From positions 7,424-71,423 of the forward strand of contig CAZYOE010000001.1 in NCBI GenBank assembly GCA_964648725.1: 64,000 nt of DNA, given 5' to 3'. The notes beneath the pieces are model-generated. The model did not search any database, was not told the origin of the DNA, and was given only the letters and a program-made list of their open reading frames with translations. Shown here piece by piece: positions 28,316 through 38,046 of the stretch; the first letter of the stretch is position 1; the number at the start of each line of letters is the position of its first letter. Both the position numbers and the translations under genes were made by a program. This DNA is from an uncultured Pseudobdellovibrionaceae bacterium. GTDB taxonomy: Bacteria > Bdellovibrionota > Bdellovibrionia > Bdellovibrionales > Bdellovibrionaceae.

Positions 28316-28331
28316 AATGCCTCGTCTTTGG
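28316..28331 (-). promoter_or_regulatory. Candidate sigma-54 (-24/-12) promoter of the rSAM operon
   Basis: The minus strand reads AGGCAT-ttaat-TTGCA. GG-N10-GC spacing is exact and the -12 TTGCA is perfect. ~45 nt upstream of the rSAM ATG (28262). Confidence 0.45.
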
Positions 28332-28369
28332 ACCCAAAAAGTTTATTTCAATGGACGCATTAGAATGCG

Positions 28370-29368
28370 GTGGTGGATTCTATATCTATGAGCTTAAGAA
28401 TTGATTTTTGGGGAGTCAGAGGATCACTTCCTTTTGCACTAAGCCCCGTGGATTTAGCTAATGATTTTCGCGCCTACATGGTTCGCTTCTTTGAGCAAGG
28501 CTATGTGGGCACGCAGGATATTGATCGCTATCTTCAGACAATCGGCACAGCTACCCTTGGTGGTTATGGGACAGCAACAACATGTGTGCAGGCGACTTCA
28601 GATAACGAATCCATAATTATTGATGCAGGAACCGGGCTCAAACTACTTGGGGATCGATTATTAGAGGGGCCAGCAGGCCAAGGTGATGCAAGTATTCATC
28701 TTTTTCTGAGTCACTTTCATTGGGACCATTTGATCGGACTTCCTTACTTTGCTCCAGCTTTCATTGAAGGAAATGAAATTAATATTTATGCAGTTCAAAA
28801 TAATGTTGAACAACTTATTAGAGATTATCTTAGGCACCCATTGGTAGAACGAGACCTCGACTCTTGGGGAAGCCGAGTCAACTTTCATGTGCTGCCACCG
28901 AGATCTGCCTTAACTCTAGGTGATATGTCGGTGACTCCCTATATGATGGATCATCCGGACTCCTGTTGGGGTTTTAGGATTTCCAGCGGTGGAAAAAATT
29001 ACGCCCACTGTGCGGATACTGAAGCGACAAGAGTGACTCATCATAGTTTAGGCGAAGATTTACCCATGTATCAAAACGTTGATTTGATGTATTTTGATGC
29101 CCAATATACATTGGGTGAATTGGCAGACAGAATAAACTGGGGCCATAGCGCGGCTCAAATCGGACTAGATTTAGCCTTCAAAGAAAAAATTAAACACGTT
29201 TTATTTTCTCATCACGACCCAATCTCAACATCCAGTACAATCAACATGTTGGTCCGACAAACTGAAGAGTATTACCGTTGGAAACTCGAACAAGCCGGGA
29301 AGCAAAACATTATTTTACCTCCCGTGGAATGGAGCTTTGTCTACGAAGGACAAAGCGTCTATCTTTAA
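28370..29368 (+). CDS. MBL-fold metallo-hydrolase
   Basis: 332 aa. HFHWDH (HxHxDH) motif, later ...GHS and HHD. Possible ATG start at 28388. Divergent from the rSAM operon. Confidence 0.8.
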   Translation: MVDSISMSLRIDFWGVRGSLPFALSPVDLANDFRAYMVRFFEQGYVGTQDIDRYLQTIGTATLGGYGTATTCVQATSDNESIIIDAGTGLKLLGDRLLEGPAGQGDASIHLFLSHFHWDHLIGLPYFAPAFIEGNEINIYAVQNNVEQLIRDYLRHPLVERDLDSWGSRVNFHVLPPRSALTLGDMSVTPYMMDHPDSCWGFRISSGGKNYAHCADTEATRVTHHSLGEDLPMYQNVDLMYFDAQYTLGELADRINWGHSAAQIGLDLAFKEKIKHVLFSHHDPISTSSTINMLVRQTEEYYRWKLEQAGKQNIILPPVEWSFVYEGQSVYL

Positions 29369-29757
29369 TTGACTTTAGTTTTAATTTTATAAGTTCCTTC
29401 AGAGTGACACATTTGGCCTTCTGAACCCTGCTGAGAGCATTCAACTTTACCGCAATCAATAGCAATCACTTTACTATCTTGGTTCATTTCTTTGATTTCT
29501 TTTTTCCATTGATTACAAGCCTGCTTCCAACTAGCTCTTGCTTCTTTTACTAGTACATTTGGTTCTCCTTCAACCTGTCCTGTTCCATCAACGATCTCAT
29601 ATAGTTTTTCACACTTAGTGGCAGTAGCCCCTTTTTTAATTGATATCGTTGTATCTTCACTCATTGGAATTTCTGTGACCGACGTTTTTTGCGCCCAACC
29701 ACTGCACACTGCAAATACAACGACTGTTGCCGTAAAAATTGATTTTAACCAAAACAT
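29365..29757 (-). CDS. Small secreted Cys-containing protein
   Basis: ATG at 29757 behind a GGAGG SD. Signal peptide MFWLKSIFTATVVVFAVCSGWA. Five further Cys residues in the mature part (after the signal peptide). Confidence 0.5.
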   Translation of the reverse strand: MFWLKSIFTATVVVFAVCSGWAQKTSVTEIPMSEDTTISIKKGATATKCEKLYEIVDGTGQVEGEPNVLVKEARASWKQACNQWKKEIKEMNQDSKVIAIDCGKVECSQQGSEGQMCHSEGTYKIKTKVN

Positions 29758-29779
29758 TATTACCTCCAAATTATTTATA

Positions 29780-32095
29780 CTATTTCTTAAACACCAAATT
29801 AATTTCGTCCGGTTCGTGATCTGCCTTCACAGACCAAAACCCTTTTGCCTTTAAATCATAGATAGGAATTGTCCTTATATTTACTTCATCCGTCCACGGA
29901 AAATCTCTGACTTGATCAAATTTTGTGGCCTCCTGCATGAATGATAACCATGCAGGTAGTGATCCACTGGCTCCAGTCAGACCACTCGGGGTATTGTCAT
30001 CATAACCCGTCCAAACAATCGATAACAAATCCGGCGTAAACCCGACAAACCAGGAATCGTGGTAATCATTTGTCGTTCCCGTTTTGCCAGCGACGATTTT
30101 ATCATATCCCGACGAACTTATTTTTTTTGCCGTTCCAGAGATAACTGTTTGCTTCAACATTCCAATCAACATCTGGGTTGCCACTGAAGATATTTTATTT
30201 TCTTCCATTCTGGAGTTCGCAGACCAAACCGGCTTTCCCTCTGGATCTTCAACATAATCTAAAAATGTTAGCTCCAAATAATTTCCGAAACGGGCAATCG
30301 TCATATAAGCTTGCAGGAGTTCCAATGGGTTTAACTCAAAGGCCCCAAGACTGAGCGACGGAACTGGCTTCAACTCAGAACGAATGCCAAGAACCCGCGC
30401 CGTATCTATGATTGAATCTAAGCCTATATTAAGTGCCAACTGCGCGGTCGCTAAGTTGAGGCTTTCTTTGAGTGCAAAATACATAGGAACTGTTCCATAA
30501 AAAGTATGGTCATAATTTTCAGGGGACCACTTTTGTCGCCCGTATTTATGGGTGAATGGTTCATCCCTTAGTTCATAAATAGGATTTATTTCTTCATTAT
30601 CCGATGCCAACGCCGTCAGAAAGACGACCGGCTTGAAAGTTGACCCCACCTGGCGTTTAGAAGTCAGAATTCGATTAAATTGAGTCTTTTTAAATGAACG
30701 TCCACCCACCAGAGCTCGAATCCCCCCCGTGGCAATGTCGACCGAAACTAGCGCACTTTCGAGATTTATGTTTTTCTTAGCTTTAACCTTTTTGACGACG
30801 GGATGCTGACTTTCAATTTCGTTCAGACTTTTAACAATGGATGTTTGAGCGGCTTCCTGCAACCGCAAATCCATCGTTGTAAATAGCTTGTACCCCCCCA
30901 ACTCCTCGATTCCTAACTTACTAACCTGCTCCACGGCGGCCTGTAAAAAATAAGGCAAGGTGGAGTAGAGGTCTGCGTTTTCATTTTTAGGAAGTGCTTC
31001 TTCCTCCGCTCGTGTTTTTTCTTCCGAGCTTATAAACTTTTGTTCCTCCATTTTTTGAAGTACAAGCGATCTTCGCGTTTTTGCCTTCGCTGGGTTAGTA
31101 AATGGATTATATTGCCCTGGACTATTTACTATGGCTGCCAATAAGCTGCATTGAGCTAAGGATAAATCAGAGACCGATTTTTGAAAGTAAAAGCGGGAAG
31201 CCGCCCCATAACCCCGAACTTGATAAGGTCCCTGCTGGCCCATATAAATAATATTTAGATAGGTCTCCAGGATTAGATCCTTGTCGAAGTGGCTCTCAAT
31301 CAGCAATGCCATGATAAACTCAAGCGCCTTTCGCTTGAGTGTTTTTTCAGGAGTGAGGAAATAATTTTTAATCAGTTGTTGCGTTAGTGTACTGCCCCCT
31401 TGGGCCTTTCTTCCTTTGAGAAGATTAACGACAACCGCTCTCAGAATACCCAGAGGACTGACTCCTTTGTGCTCCAAAAACTTAGCGTCTTCGATAGCAA
31501 TAATGGCATTTAAGCAAGCCACTGGAAAATCGGGCAAGGTGTGTTCATCACGCAAAATAGGCTCACCTCCAAGATATTGTGCAATAACCTGAGGCAAAAC
31601 CACAAATTGATCAGAGGCCTCTGAGGGTTCACCTTTAAATATTCCCTTAATATGCAATGAAGCATCTAGCCAGAGCGTTTCAACCCATGGCTCCTTAAAC
31701 AAAGGGTGTGCCCCTTTGTCCCAAAAAACCCGTAAACACAAATCAGTTTCAGCAATTTCATTTCCGGTGACTAAGAAGCTAATGCAGCTGGGCCCTTGGT
31801 AAATGGAAAAATCTCCAGCAAACAACCGTTGTTCCCCAGACCGCATCCGGAGCTGTTTATTAAGAACGTCTTTTATCTCATCAAGAGGAAATAAATCTCC
31901 AGTTTTCCAAGTCGCCGCCCGAGAGTAAAAAATAGTAGGTTGAATCATTTGCTTCTGCTGCATTTTAGAAAGCATTTCTTGATCAACCTTATAAACAAAA
32001 ACGCTACCAGCTATGATGGTTAGCGTCACTAGACCCAAAAAGCCCATAGCAAAAAGAATGAGAAAACCTTCTTTATTTTTTAGGTTCTTTAGCAT
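29780..32095 (-). CDS. Class A penicillin-binding protein (transglycosylase + transpeptidase, PBP1A-type)
   Basis: 771 aa. GT51 motifs EDAKFLEHKGVS, GGSTLTQQL, RKALE. TPase motifs STFKP, SLN, KTGTT. Confidence 0.9.
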   Translation of the reverse strand: MLKNLKNKEGFLILFAMGFLGLVTLTIIAGSVFVYKVDQEMLSKMQQKQMIQPTIFYSRAATWKTGDLFPLDEIKDVLNKQLRMRSGEQRLFAGDFSIYQGPSCISFLVTGNEIAETDLCLRVFWDKGAHPLFKEPWVETLWLDASLHIKGIFKGEPSEASDQFVVLPQVIAQYLGGEPILRDEHTLPDFPVACLNAIIAIEDAKFLEHKGVSPLGILRAVVVNLLKGRKAQGGSTLTQQLIKNYFLTPEKTLKRKALEFIMALLIESHFDKDLILETYLNIIYMGQQGPYQVRGYGAASRFYFQKSVSDLSLAQCSLLAAIVNSPGQYNPFTNPAKAKTRRSLVLQKMEEQKFISSEEKTRAEEEALPKNENADLYSTLPYFLQAAVEQVSKLGIEELGGYKLFTTMDLRLQEAAQTSIVKSLNEIESQHPVVKKVKAKKNINLESALVSVDIATGGIRALVGGRSFKKTQFNRILTSKRQVGSTFKPVVFLTALASDNEEINPIYELRDEPFTHKYGRQKWSPENYDHTFYGTVPMYFALKESLNLATAQLALNIGLDSIIDTARVLGIRSELKPVPSLSLGAFELNPLELLQAYMTIARFGNYLELTFLDYVEDPEGKPVWSANSRMEENKISSVATQMLIGMLKQTVISGTAKKISSSGYDKIVAGKTGTTNDYHDSWFVGFTPDLLSIVWTGYDDNTPSGLTGASGSLPAWLSFMQEATKFDQVRDFPWTDEVNIRTIPIYDLKAKGFWSVKADHEPDEINLVFKK

Positions 32096-32122
32096 GTTCT
32101 GATTCCAATTTGACTCATAGCC

Positions 32123-32151
32123 TTGACATTAGAAAGATACCCTCGTTTAGT
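32123..32151 (+). promoter_or_regulatory. Putative sigma-70 promoter of the DUF507-GroES operon
   Basis: TTGACA (32123-32128), N17, TTTAGT (32146-32151). ~45 nt upstream of the ATG at 32199. Confidence 0.35.
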
Positions 32152-32198
32152 CAAAGCCTAATCTAAAGTGAGTCCTCCCTAAGACGACAAGGAGTTTT

Positions 32199-32477
32199 AT
32201 GAAGCTTTCGCCCAACCAACTTCAGAGTATAGTGGAACGAGTGTTCAAACACTGGAAGCAAAAAAATATTGCTACCTTCAAAGAAGATGAAAAGAAAGTG
32301 CTTCAACGGGGAATCGAGCTGCTTAAAGAAGAACTTCAAAAAGAAGCCGCTCTCGATAAAGAAGTTTCAATGAAGCTGGATGAACTTGAAAAATCCAACC
32401 CGGGAGAATTTCAACGCCATAAGATGTTTCAAATGATGAAAGTAAAATTAGCCAAAGAACGAAAGGTGGTCCTATGA
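32199..32477 (+). CDS. DUF507-like small protein (paralog 1)
   Basis: 92 aa, charged and helical. Same layout as the next ORF; stop/start overlap ATGA. Confidence 0.55.
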   Translation: MKLSPNQLQSIVERVFKHWKQKNIATFKEDEKKVLQRGIELLKEELQKEAALDKEVSMKLDELEKSNPGEFQRHKMFQMMKVKLAKERKVVL

Positions 32478-32749
32478 TTCTTTCCGAAGAGAGACAGCTC
32501 CATTTTGCTCGATTACTTACCGATGAACTTTGGAATGATGACCTTGTGGATTACTCCGATGATGACATCGCCTTAAGAGTCGCTCGGCAAGCGATCGTCG
32601 AATTTGTGAAAGAGGATCTTGATATTGATCAAAAAGCGAGAGAAAAGGTAGCCAGCTTAAAACGACATGTGGTAGAGGGCAGTTCCGAATGGGAAATTCT
32701 TTACAGAAAATACTACGAAGAGGAGAGAAATCGTCGTGGCACAAACTAA
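32474..32749 (+). CDS. DUF507-family protein (paralog 2)
   Basis: 91 aa. C-terminal VEGSSEWEILYRKYYEEERNRRG matches my recollection of the DUF507 signature EGS.EW..LY.KY.EEE. Confidence 0.6.
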   Translation: MILSEERQLHFARLLTDELWNDDLVDYSDDDIALRVARQAIVEFVKEDLDIDQKAREKVASLKRHVVEGSSEWEILYRKYYEEERNRRGTN

Positions 32750-33341
32750 AAAAGCAAAAGTTAAAGCAAAGGCTAAACCAGCTAAAAAGGCTTCAAAAAA
32801 AGCAGTTCCAGTAAAAAAGACTGTCAAAGCAAAGCCTAAAGCTGTGGCGGCTAAGCCGACCAAAAAAACCGCTGCTGTTAAAAAAACAGCAAGACCTAAA
32901 GCAGCAAAAGCTCCCATTAAAAAACGAGTCGTTACGAAATCAGCTGCTAAGAAAGCTACAATTAAAAAATCAGCGACACCTAAAGCTGCAGTTAGCAAGC
33001 CATCCAAGACTACAAAGATTGCTAAACCATCCAGCCCAAAAGGAAAGACTTGGTTACAACCTCTTGATGATCGTATTTTGGTTGAAGTCGCTGAGCAGGA
33101 TCAAGTCAGCCCAGGTGGAATTGTATTGATTGATTCTTCAACTCAACCAGACAACGTACAAGGTTTTGTTGTTGCAGTAGGACGTGGTCATCAGAATAAA
33201 AAAGGCCGCATTCGCCCTATCGAGCTAAAAGCAGGAGATAAAATCATTTTTTCGAAATACGCAGGTGACAAGGTCTCCCAAGATGGTGTTAATTTTGTAA
33301 TTATTCGAGAAACAGAGGTCTTAGGATTTGCCTCTAATTAG
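32736..33341 (+). CDS. groES: Co-chaperonin GroES (Cpn10) with ~105-aa Lys/Ala/Pro-rich histone-H1-like N-terminal extension
   Basis: GTG start behind GAGGAGAG, overlapping the previous stop. Residues ~108-201 (LQPLDDRILVEV...SPGGIVL...VVAVGRG...LKAGDKIIFSKYAG...) align along E. coli GroES. The N-terminus is KKA/KPK repeats. Confidence 0.8.
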   Translation: MAQTKKAKVKAKAKPAKKASKKAVPVKKTVKAKPKAVAAKPTKKTAAVKKTARPKAAKAPIKKRVVTKSAAKKATIKKSATPKAAVSKPSKTTKIAKPSSPKGKTWLQPLDDRILVEVAEQDQVSPGGIVLIDSSTQPDNVQGFVVAVGRGHQNKKGRIRPIELKAGDKIIFSKYAGDKVSQDGVNFVIIRETEVLGFASN

Positions 33342-33394
33342 TTTACGATATTGACGAAGAGATTTTTGATCTGAAGTGCCGGGGAGGGTACATC

Positions 33395-34816
33395 ATGCTT
33401 AAGCGTCCATTTGTGTTTTTTTCTGCTTTTACTCTGTTGCTTCAACAAGCAGCTTTTGCGATCTCTTTAGATTGGAGTGGCAATTATCGCTTCGAATATG
33501 TGGAGATCGATAAAACAGAAATGACTTCTGGAAGCCGCAAAGGGTACCTTCTCAACAATCTCGTATTAATGCCACATATTATCCCCAGCGATGGTTTTGA
33601 AGTAATCAGCAAGATTCATCTGACTGAAAATGCCGATTCCCGTTACACGAACTCCCAAATGGGTATGGTTTGGGGAAACTCTGCTAATCCCGGCCCATCA
33701 ACATACACTGATAATTCAAATGTGTTTGCACAAAGCCGTCCAAAAACCGGTCTTGCAGTCAGCCAACTTTACTTGAAAGTTGACCAAGAGTGGGGCTCAC
33801 TCATTGTTGGTCGTGCGCCTATGCAATTTGGTCTTGGCATCACACACAATGCCGGAACTGATCCATTCAGTCACTGGTATGACACTCGCGATATCCTTGC
33901 TTACAAGATGCACGTTGGAAACTTGTTTATTATGCCATCGCTCAGCAAACAATATGCTGATGACTTTCAGTTAGGTAATGAGATTACCAACCAGTCTCTT
34001 CACTTTGAATATAAGAATCACGACACTGGTGACTGGCTTGGTTTGTTCTATGAAACAAGCAAGGGCAATTCTACCGCTAACGACACCCCCCTTGCTCCGC
34101 TCAATGGAACTGCCGTTAATGGTACCTTCAATCTTAACTCTTATAATATTATTCTGGGCAAAGATTTTACCGACTTCAATTTCAGAGTGGAAGGTGGTTT
34201 TCAATCAGGCTCAACAGGAATTGTTGACTCTGCCGGTAAGGACATCCGTATTAACAGCTATGCAGTTGTGACTGAGTTTAATGTCCTACCTGGTGAAAGC
34301 AAGAATCGTTGGAATATTAAGGCAGGTTCAGTCAGCGGAGATAACCCAGACTCTGAAGATTTTGAAGGCTATTTGCTGGATCGAAACTACGACGTGGCAT
34401 TTCTCCTCTTTAACCACTCGATGGGGCAAAACGCCGATATTTTTAAAACTAAACTTGGCCACAACCCCACAGCCACAAGTCATCGCGATAGCTTGGATGA
34501 TGAATACATTAGCAATGTTTTGTTCGTTGCGCCACAGTGGACACGACAACTTGCAGATCGTTGGAATATGAGAAATACTTTAGCGGTTGCACGACTGAAC
34601 AACTCACGCATGAAAGTAGGTGCGGGAGTTGAAAGTATTGAAAGCAATGTTGGCTTTGAGTGGGACCTCGGTTTCAGCTATAAGGCTAACGATAATTTAG
34701 AGTGGAAGTTTGACTCTGGAATTTTAGTTCCCGGCAGTGCCTTTAAAATGGGTACAGCTGATTTAAAGACTTCTACTGTTATTGGAATAGGTACTTCGGC
34801 CGCCATCACCTTTTAA
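33395..34816 (+). CDS. Putative outer-membrane beta-barrel (porin-like) protein
   Basis: 473 aa. Signal peptide ...LLQQAAFA; alternating strands; ends ...TSAAITF. Confidence 0.55.
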   Translation: MLKRPFVFFSAFTLLLQQAAFAISLDWSGNYRFEYVEIDKTEMTSGSRKGYLLNNLVLMPHIIPSDGFEVISKIHLTENADSRYTNSQMGMVWGNSANPGPSTYTDNSNVFAQSRPKTGLAVSQLYLKVDQEWGSLIVGRAPMQFGLGITHNAGTDPFSHWYDTRDILAYKMHVGNLFIMPSLSKQYADDFQLGNEITNQSLHFEYKNHDTGDWLGLFYETSKGNSTANDTPLAPLNGTAVNGTFNLNSYNIILGKDFTDFNFRVEGGFQSGSTGIVDSAGKDIRINSYAVVTEFNVLPGESKNRWNIKAGSVSGDNPDSEDFEGYLLDRNYDVAFLLFNHSMGQNADIFKTKLGHNPTATSHRDSLDDEYISNVLFVAPQWTRQLADRWNMRNTLAVARLNNSRMKVGAGVESIESNVGFEWDLGFSYKANDNLEWKFDSGILVPGSAFKMGTADLKTSTVIGIGTSAAITF

Positions 34817-34834
34817 TGACATAGTATTGGCACC

Positions 34835-35620
34835 ATGATGTTCATCTTTGATTACACCTTGATTACATCTTGTTTGGCGGCCGTCTTTTTTTCATCCCTA
34901 TCACTGGCAAAGATTGATCCATTCACCTTTGCCTTCGATTGCGCTAAGCAGACTAAACTTTGCGCTTATGGAAGAATCCCAAAAGGGCGTTTTGCTAGGC
35001 TTCTTGATTCAGAAGGTACTTGTAAAGTTACTGCAAGTGAACAATTTATGTTTATGAACGAAGGCGAAAGCTTTGCCGCAACCCGTCTCATCGAAAAGAC
35101 AAAGTGCCCATTAGCCGTCAGCCCGAGCATTCTTTATCTCGACCCTGCTTATAAAGATTCTGAGTTTTTCAAACTAACCTCACTTGTAGATCAAAAAGCA
35201 AAAGGCAAACTTCTTCAACTTATTAAAGCTCAGGGACTTATTAAGAAGTCTGTCAATGACAAAGATCAGTCAGGCCCCAACGTTCCGGCCCTTGTCTTGA
35301 CCAATCTCGAAAATAGCAACCCTACTATCTCGCAAATCAATCATGATCTATGGAAGGACGTTAATTTTATCTCAGTAGTTAATTCCGCAACCAAAAGAGG
35401 TTTTCTTCTTGCCGCCATAGGTGATAAGACCAGAATTCTGACGGGAGCTTGCGGCTACCCAACTTCAGCACAATTTTTTCGGATTAATAATAAAGCATTT
35501 CTACGGGTTAAAAACGCTTGGTGTGAAAGTGATGATAGTGACGAACAGATTTATCAACTGAAGGACCAACAATTTGAGTTAGTCTATTCAAACGATGACC
35601 TTCCTTCCATCGAAGATTAA
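34835..35620 (+). CDS. Secreted hypothetical protein
   Basis: 261 aa; N-terminal hydrophobic signal-like segment; several Cys. Confidence 0.45.
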   Translation: MMFIFDYTLITSCLAAVFFSSLSLAKIDPFTFAFDCAKQTKLCAYGRIPKGRFARLLDSEGTCKVTASEQFMFMNEGESFAATRLIEKTKCPLAVSPSILYLDPAYKDSEFFKLTSLVDQKAKGKLLQLIKAQGLIKKSVNDKDQSGPNVPALVLTNLENSNPTISQINHDLWKDVNFISVVNSATKRGFLLAAIGDKTRILTGACGYPTSAQFFRINNKAFLRVKNAWCESDDSDEQIYQLKDQQFELVYSNDDLPSIED

Positions 35621-35638
35621 GCTCTTTTTCCACCAAAC

Positions 35639-36367
35639 CTACTCTGTGATCGGTCTGAAAAACAAAATATAGTCATGAAGACCAAACTGCTCGACAATCC
35701 CCAAGCGAACCCCTTTTTTAAGAGGTTTCGTCCAGAACATTGATTTCTTGCGAACCACGCATCCTAACGGACTTTCCCCCGTATAATCAGCACCCTCTGC
35801 TGTACAGGGAAGTCGATTAATAGACGGCTCCGCCGGCGTTTGCCCCAACGGCACTATCGTGATGGACAGCATTCGACCATCATCGGGGTTTAACTTTAAA
35901 CGCTGTACAGGGTTATCTTTAATCAATTGTGAGGAATAAATGTGAGGAACTATGATCGCTACCCTTTTATCTTTATAATCTCCACTACTCCATCTGACTT
36001 TTAACTCGCTTTCAAAGGCTTTGAGGTCTATAGCCTGTTCGTTTAATCCCAATGGTTCTTTATGGCCAAGTCCTTTTTCAATAAGTACTTCATCGAACTT
36101 CCAACCTGGTTCATTAATTGACTTCAAAAACTTTTGCCAAATTTCAATATGCGCAGGCTCTTCAGGATCTACTCCTAGAAATACGAATGAATGATCTTTC
36201 AACTCCTGCCGAAGTCTCATTGCAACAGAATCTGCAATTTCCTGACTGCTTGAAAACTCGCTTAGCTTAATTTTGGTCACAGGCTTGCCTTGAATACCAA
36301 GTTGGATTACCCAAACTAGGGCGACTAAAGTAACTAAGCCGACAAATACACCATACACATATTTCAT
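35639..36367 (-). CDS. Membrane-anchored hypothetical protein
   Basis: 242 aa; N-terminal TM (VFVGLVTLVALVWVIQL). Confidence 0.45.
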   Translation of the reverse strand: MKYVYGVFVGLVTLVALVWVIQLGIQGKPVTKIKLSEFSSSQEIADSVAMRLRQELKDHSFVFLGVDPEEPAHIEIWQKFLKSINEPGWKFDEVLIEKGLGHKEPLGLNEQAIDLKAFESELKVRWSSGDYKDKRVAIIVPHIYSSQLIKDNPVQRLKLNPDDGRMLSITIVPLGQTPAEPSINRLPCTAEGADYTGESPLGCVVRKKSMFWTKPLKKGVRLGIVEQFGLHDYILFFRPITE

Positions 36368-36483
36368 AGAGGGCTGGTTTCCGCCTTTAAAGGGCAGGTG
36401 TCAAGCGACGCCGTTACGAATAAATCCCCTAGACTTTTTATCCAACTCCACTTAAAAACAGCCCAAACAAAGGACTTGATCCC

Positions 36484-37224
36484 ATGAGACAGGTACCAAA
36501 AATGACCTTCTTGATTATTGGCAATGGTCGTACAGCCCGACATATGGCCTACTACCTTAGCTCACTTGGCCATACCATTAGTCAGTGGCATTACAAGACT
36601 AACAATAAAGAAGACCTCCCTCGTTTCTACTCTCAATCAGACCGCGTCCTTTTATTGATTAAAGACTCTGCCATTGAAAGTTTTTTGAATGAGTTCTCTT
36701 TCTTAAGAACCACAAAAACAATTCACTTTTCGGGAGCTTTAGTAGTCAGCGGCATACAAAATATTCACCCACTTATTAGCTTCAATATGGACCTTTTTGA
36801 GCCCGATTTTTATCCGAAAATTCCATTTGCCATTTTCGAGGAGAGCAATACAAATTTAGATTCACTGGTGCCGGGTTTATCGAATCCAACACTTTATATA
36901 CCTAAAGAAATGAAGCCACTTTATCATGGTCTCTGTGTTGCAAGTGGAAATTTCATGGTACTTTTGTGGCAACTCGTAGGTGAACAATTTCAGAAACAGT
37001 TTTCAGCAAATCCGGATTTGTTAATTCCTTACTTAGACAGCATTACGAATAACTTAAAGACAAACTGGGCCCAGGCCCTTACCGGCCCTATTGCGCGCAA
37101 AGACGAGTCAACTCTCCTCAAAAACTATCAAGCCTTATCTTCGACCCCTTTGAAAGAGATTTTCGAAGCCCATGTCCGATTAGCATGGCCAGAATTCGCG
37201 GATCAACATTTTAACTTTTTATAA
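36484..37224 (+). CDS. Rossmann + DUF2520 protein; probable PanG-type ketopantoate reductase
   Basis: N-terminal FLIIGNGRTARHMA dinucleotide fold. C-terminal ...YHGLCVASGNF...ALTGPIARKDESTL... DUF2520-like. First gene of the pan/coa operon. Start may be the ATG at 36502. Confidence 0.6.
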   Translation: MRQVPKMTFLIIGNGRTARHMAYYLSSLGHTISQWHYKTNNKEDLPRFYSQSDRVLLLIKDSAIESFLNEFSFLRTTKTIHFSGALVVSGIQNIHPLISFNMDLFEPDFYPKIPFAIFEESNTNLDSLVPGLSNPTLYIPKEMKPLYHGLCVASGNFMVLLWQLVGEQFQKQFSANPDLLIPYLDSITNNLKTNWAQALTGPIARKDESTLLKNYQALSSTPLKEIFEAHVRLAWPEFADQHFNFL

Positions 37225-37239
37225 AGGACTTTTATTTAT

Positions 37240-38046
37240 ATGAGCCAAATCAAAATTAAATCCGTACTCGATTTTGAATGCAAAAAGCAAGCTGGCCAAA
37301 AAATCACAATGTTGACGTGTTATGATTCTTGGTCTGCAAAACTACTTGATCAATCCAAGGTGGATGCTCTCTTGATTGGCGATAGCGTTGCGATGGTTCA
37401 ACATGGTCATAAAACCACGATCCCTGCCACAACCAATTTGATGGCACTTCATTGCCAAGCAGTAGCCCGAAGTGCTCCTAATCAGTTCTTAGTCGGAGAT
37501 CTTCCCTTCATGAGCTATCGAAAATCTTTTGCGAGCGGAGTTAAGTCCGCTGAAACCTTAATGCGTACAGGAGTTCATTCCGTAAAACTTGAAGGGGCCG
37601 AAGGCAATACCGACCTCATTAAACATCTTGTTCAATCGGGAATTCCAGTCATGGGCCACATTGGACTGACCCCTCAAGCCATTTATCAGATGGGCGGATT
37701 CCGCGTTCAAGGCAAGAGTCCTGAAGCAGCAGAACACCTAAAACGACAAGCTTTAGCACTAGAAGATGCGGGATGCTTTTCAGTAGTACTGGAGTGTGTT
37801 CCTTCACAGTTAGCGGAAGCTATTTCTAAATCACTCCACATTCCAACTATTGGTATCGGTGCCGGCGCTGGCACTGACGGACAAATTCTTGTACTTCACG
37901 ATATGCTGGGAGTTAATTTAGAATTCCGACCTAAATTCGTGCGCACCTTTTTACAAGGCGCTGAATTGATCAACCAAGCCATCAATGATTATGTTACGGA
38001 AGTTGAAGAGGGAACCTTCCCCAATGAAAAAGAGTCTTACTCATGA
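37240..38046 (+). CDS. panB: 3-methyl-2-oxobutanoate hydroxymethyltransferase
   Basis: 268 aa. KITMLTCYD, LIGDS, DLPF, VKLEG, GHIGLTPQ, IGIGAG motifs. Confidence 0.92.
   Translation: MSQIKIKSVLDFECKKQAGQKITMLTCYDSWSAKLLDQSKVDALLIGDSVAMVQHGHKTTIPATTNLMALHCQAVARSAPNQFLVGDLPFMSYRKSFASGVKSAETLMRTGVHSVKLEGAEGNTDLIKHLVQSGIPVMGHIGLTPQAIYQMGGFRVQGKSPEAAEHLKRQALALEDAGCFSVVLECVPSQLAEAISKSLHIPTIGIGAGAGTDGQILVLHDMLGVNLEFRPKFVRTFLQGAELINQAINDYVTEVEEGTFPNEKESYS

Noticed and set aside
32657-33007. 116-aa ORF antisense to the Lys-rich GroES extension. Similar antisense ORFs include 322..636, 2040..2381, 5857..6318, 53238..53750 and 57991..58485.
   Set aside because: These are shadow ORFs fully inside well-supported genes on the opposite strand. 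They have low-complexity or hydrophobic composition mirroring the sense codons, and no SD.
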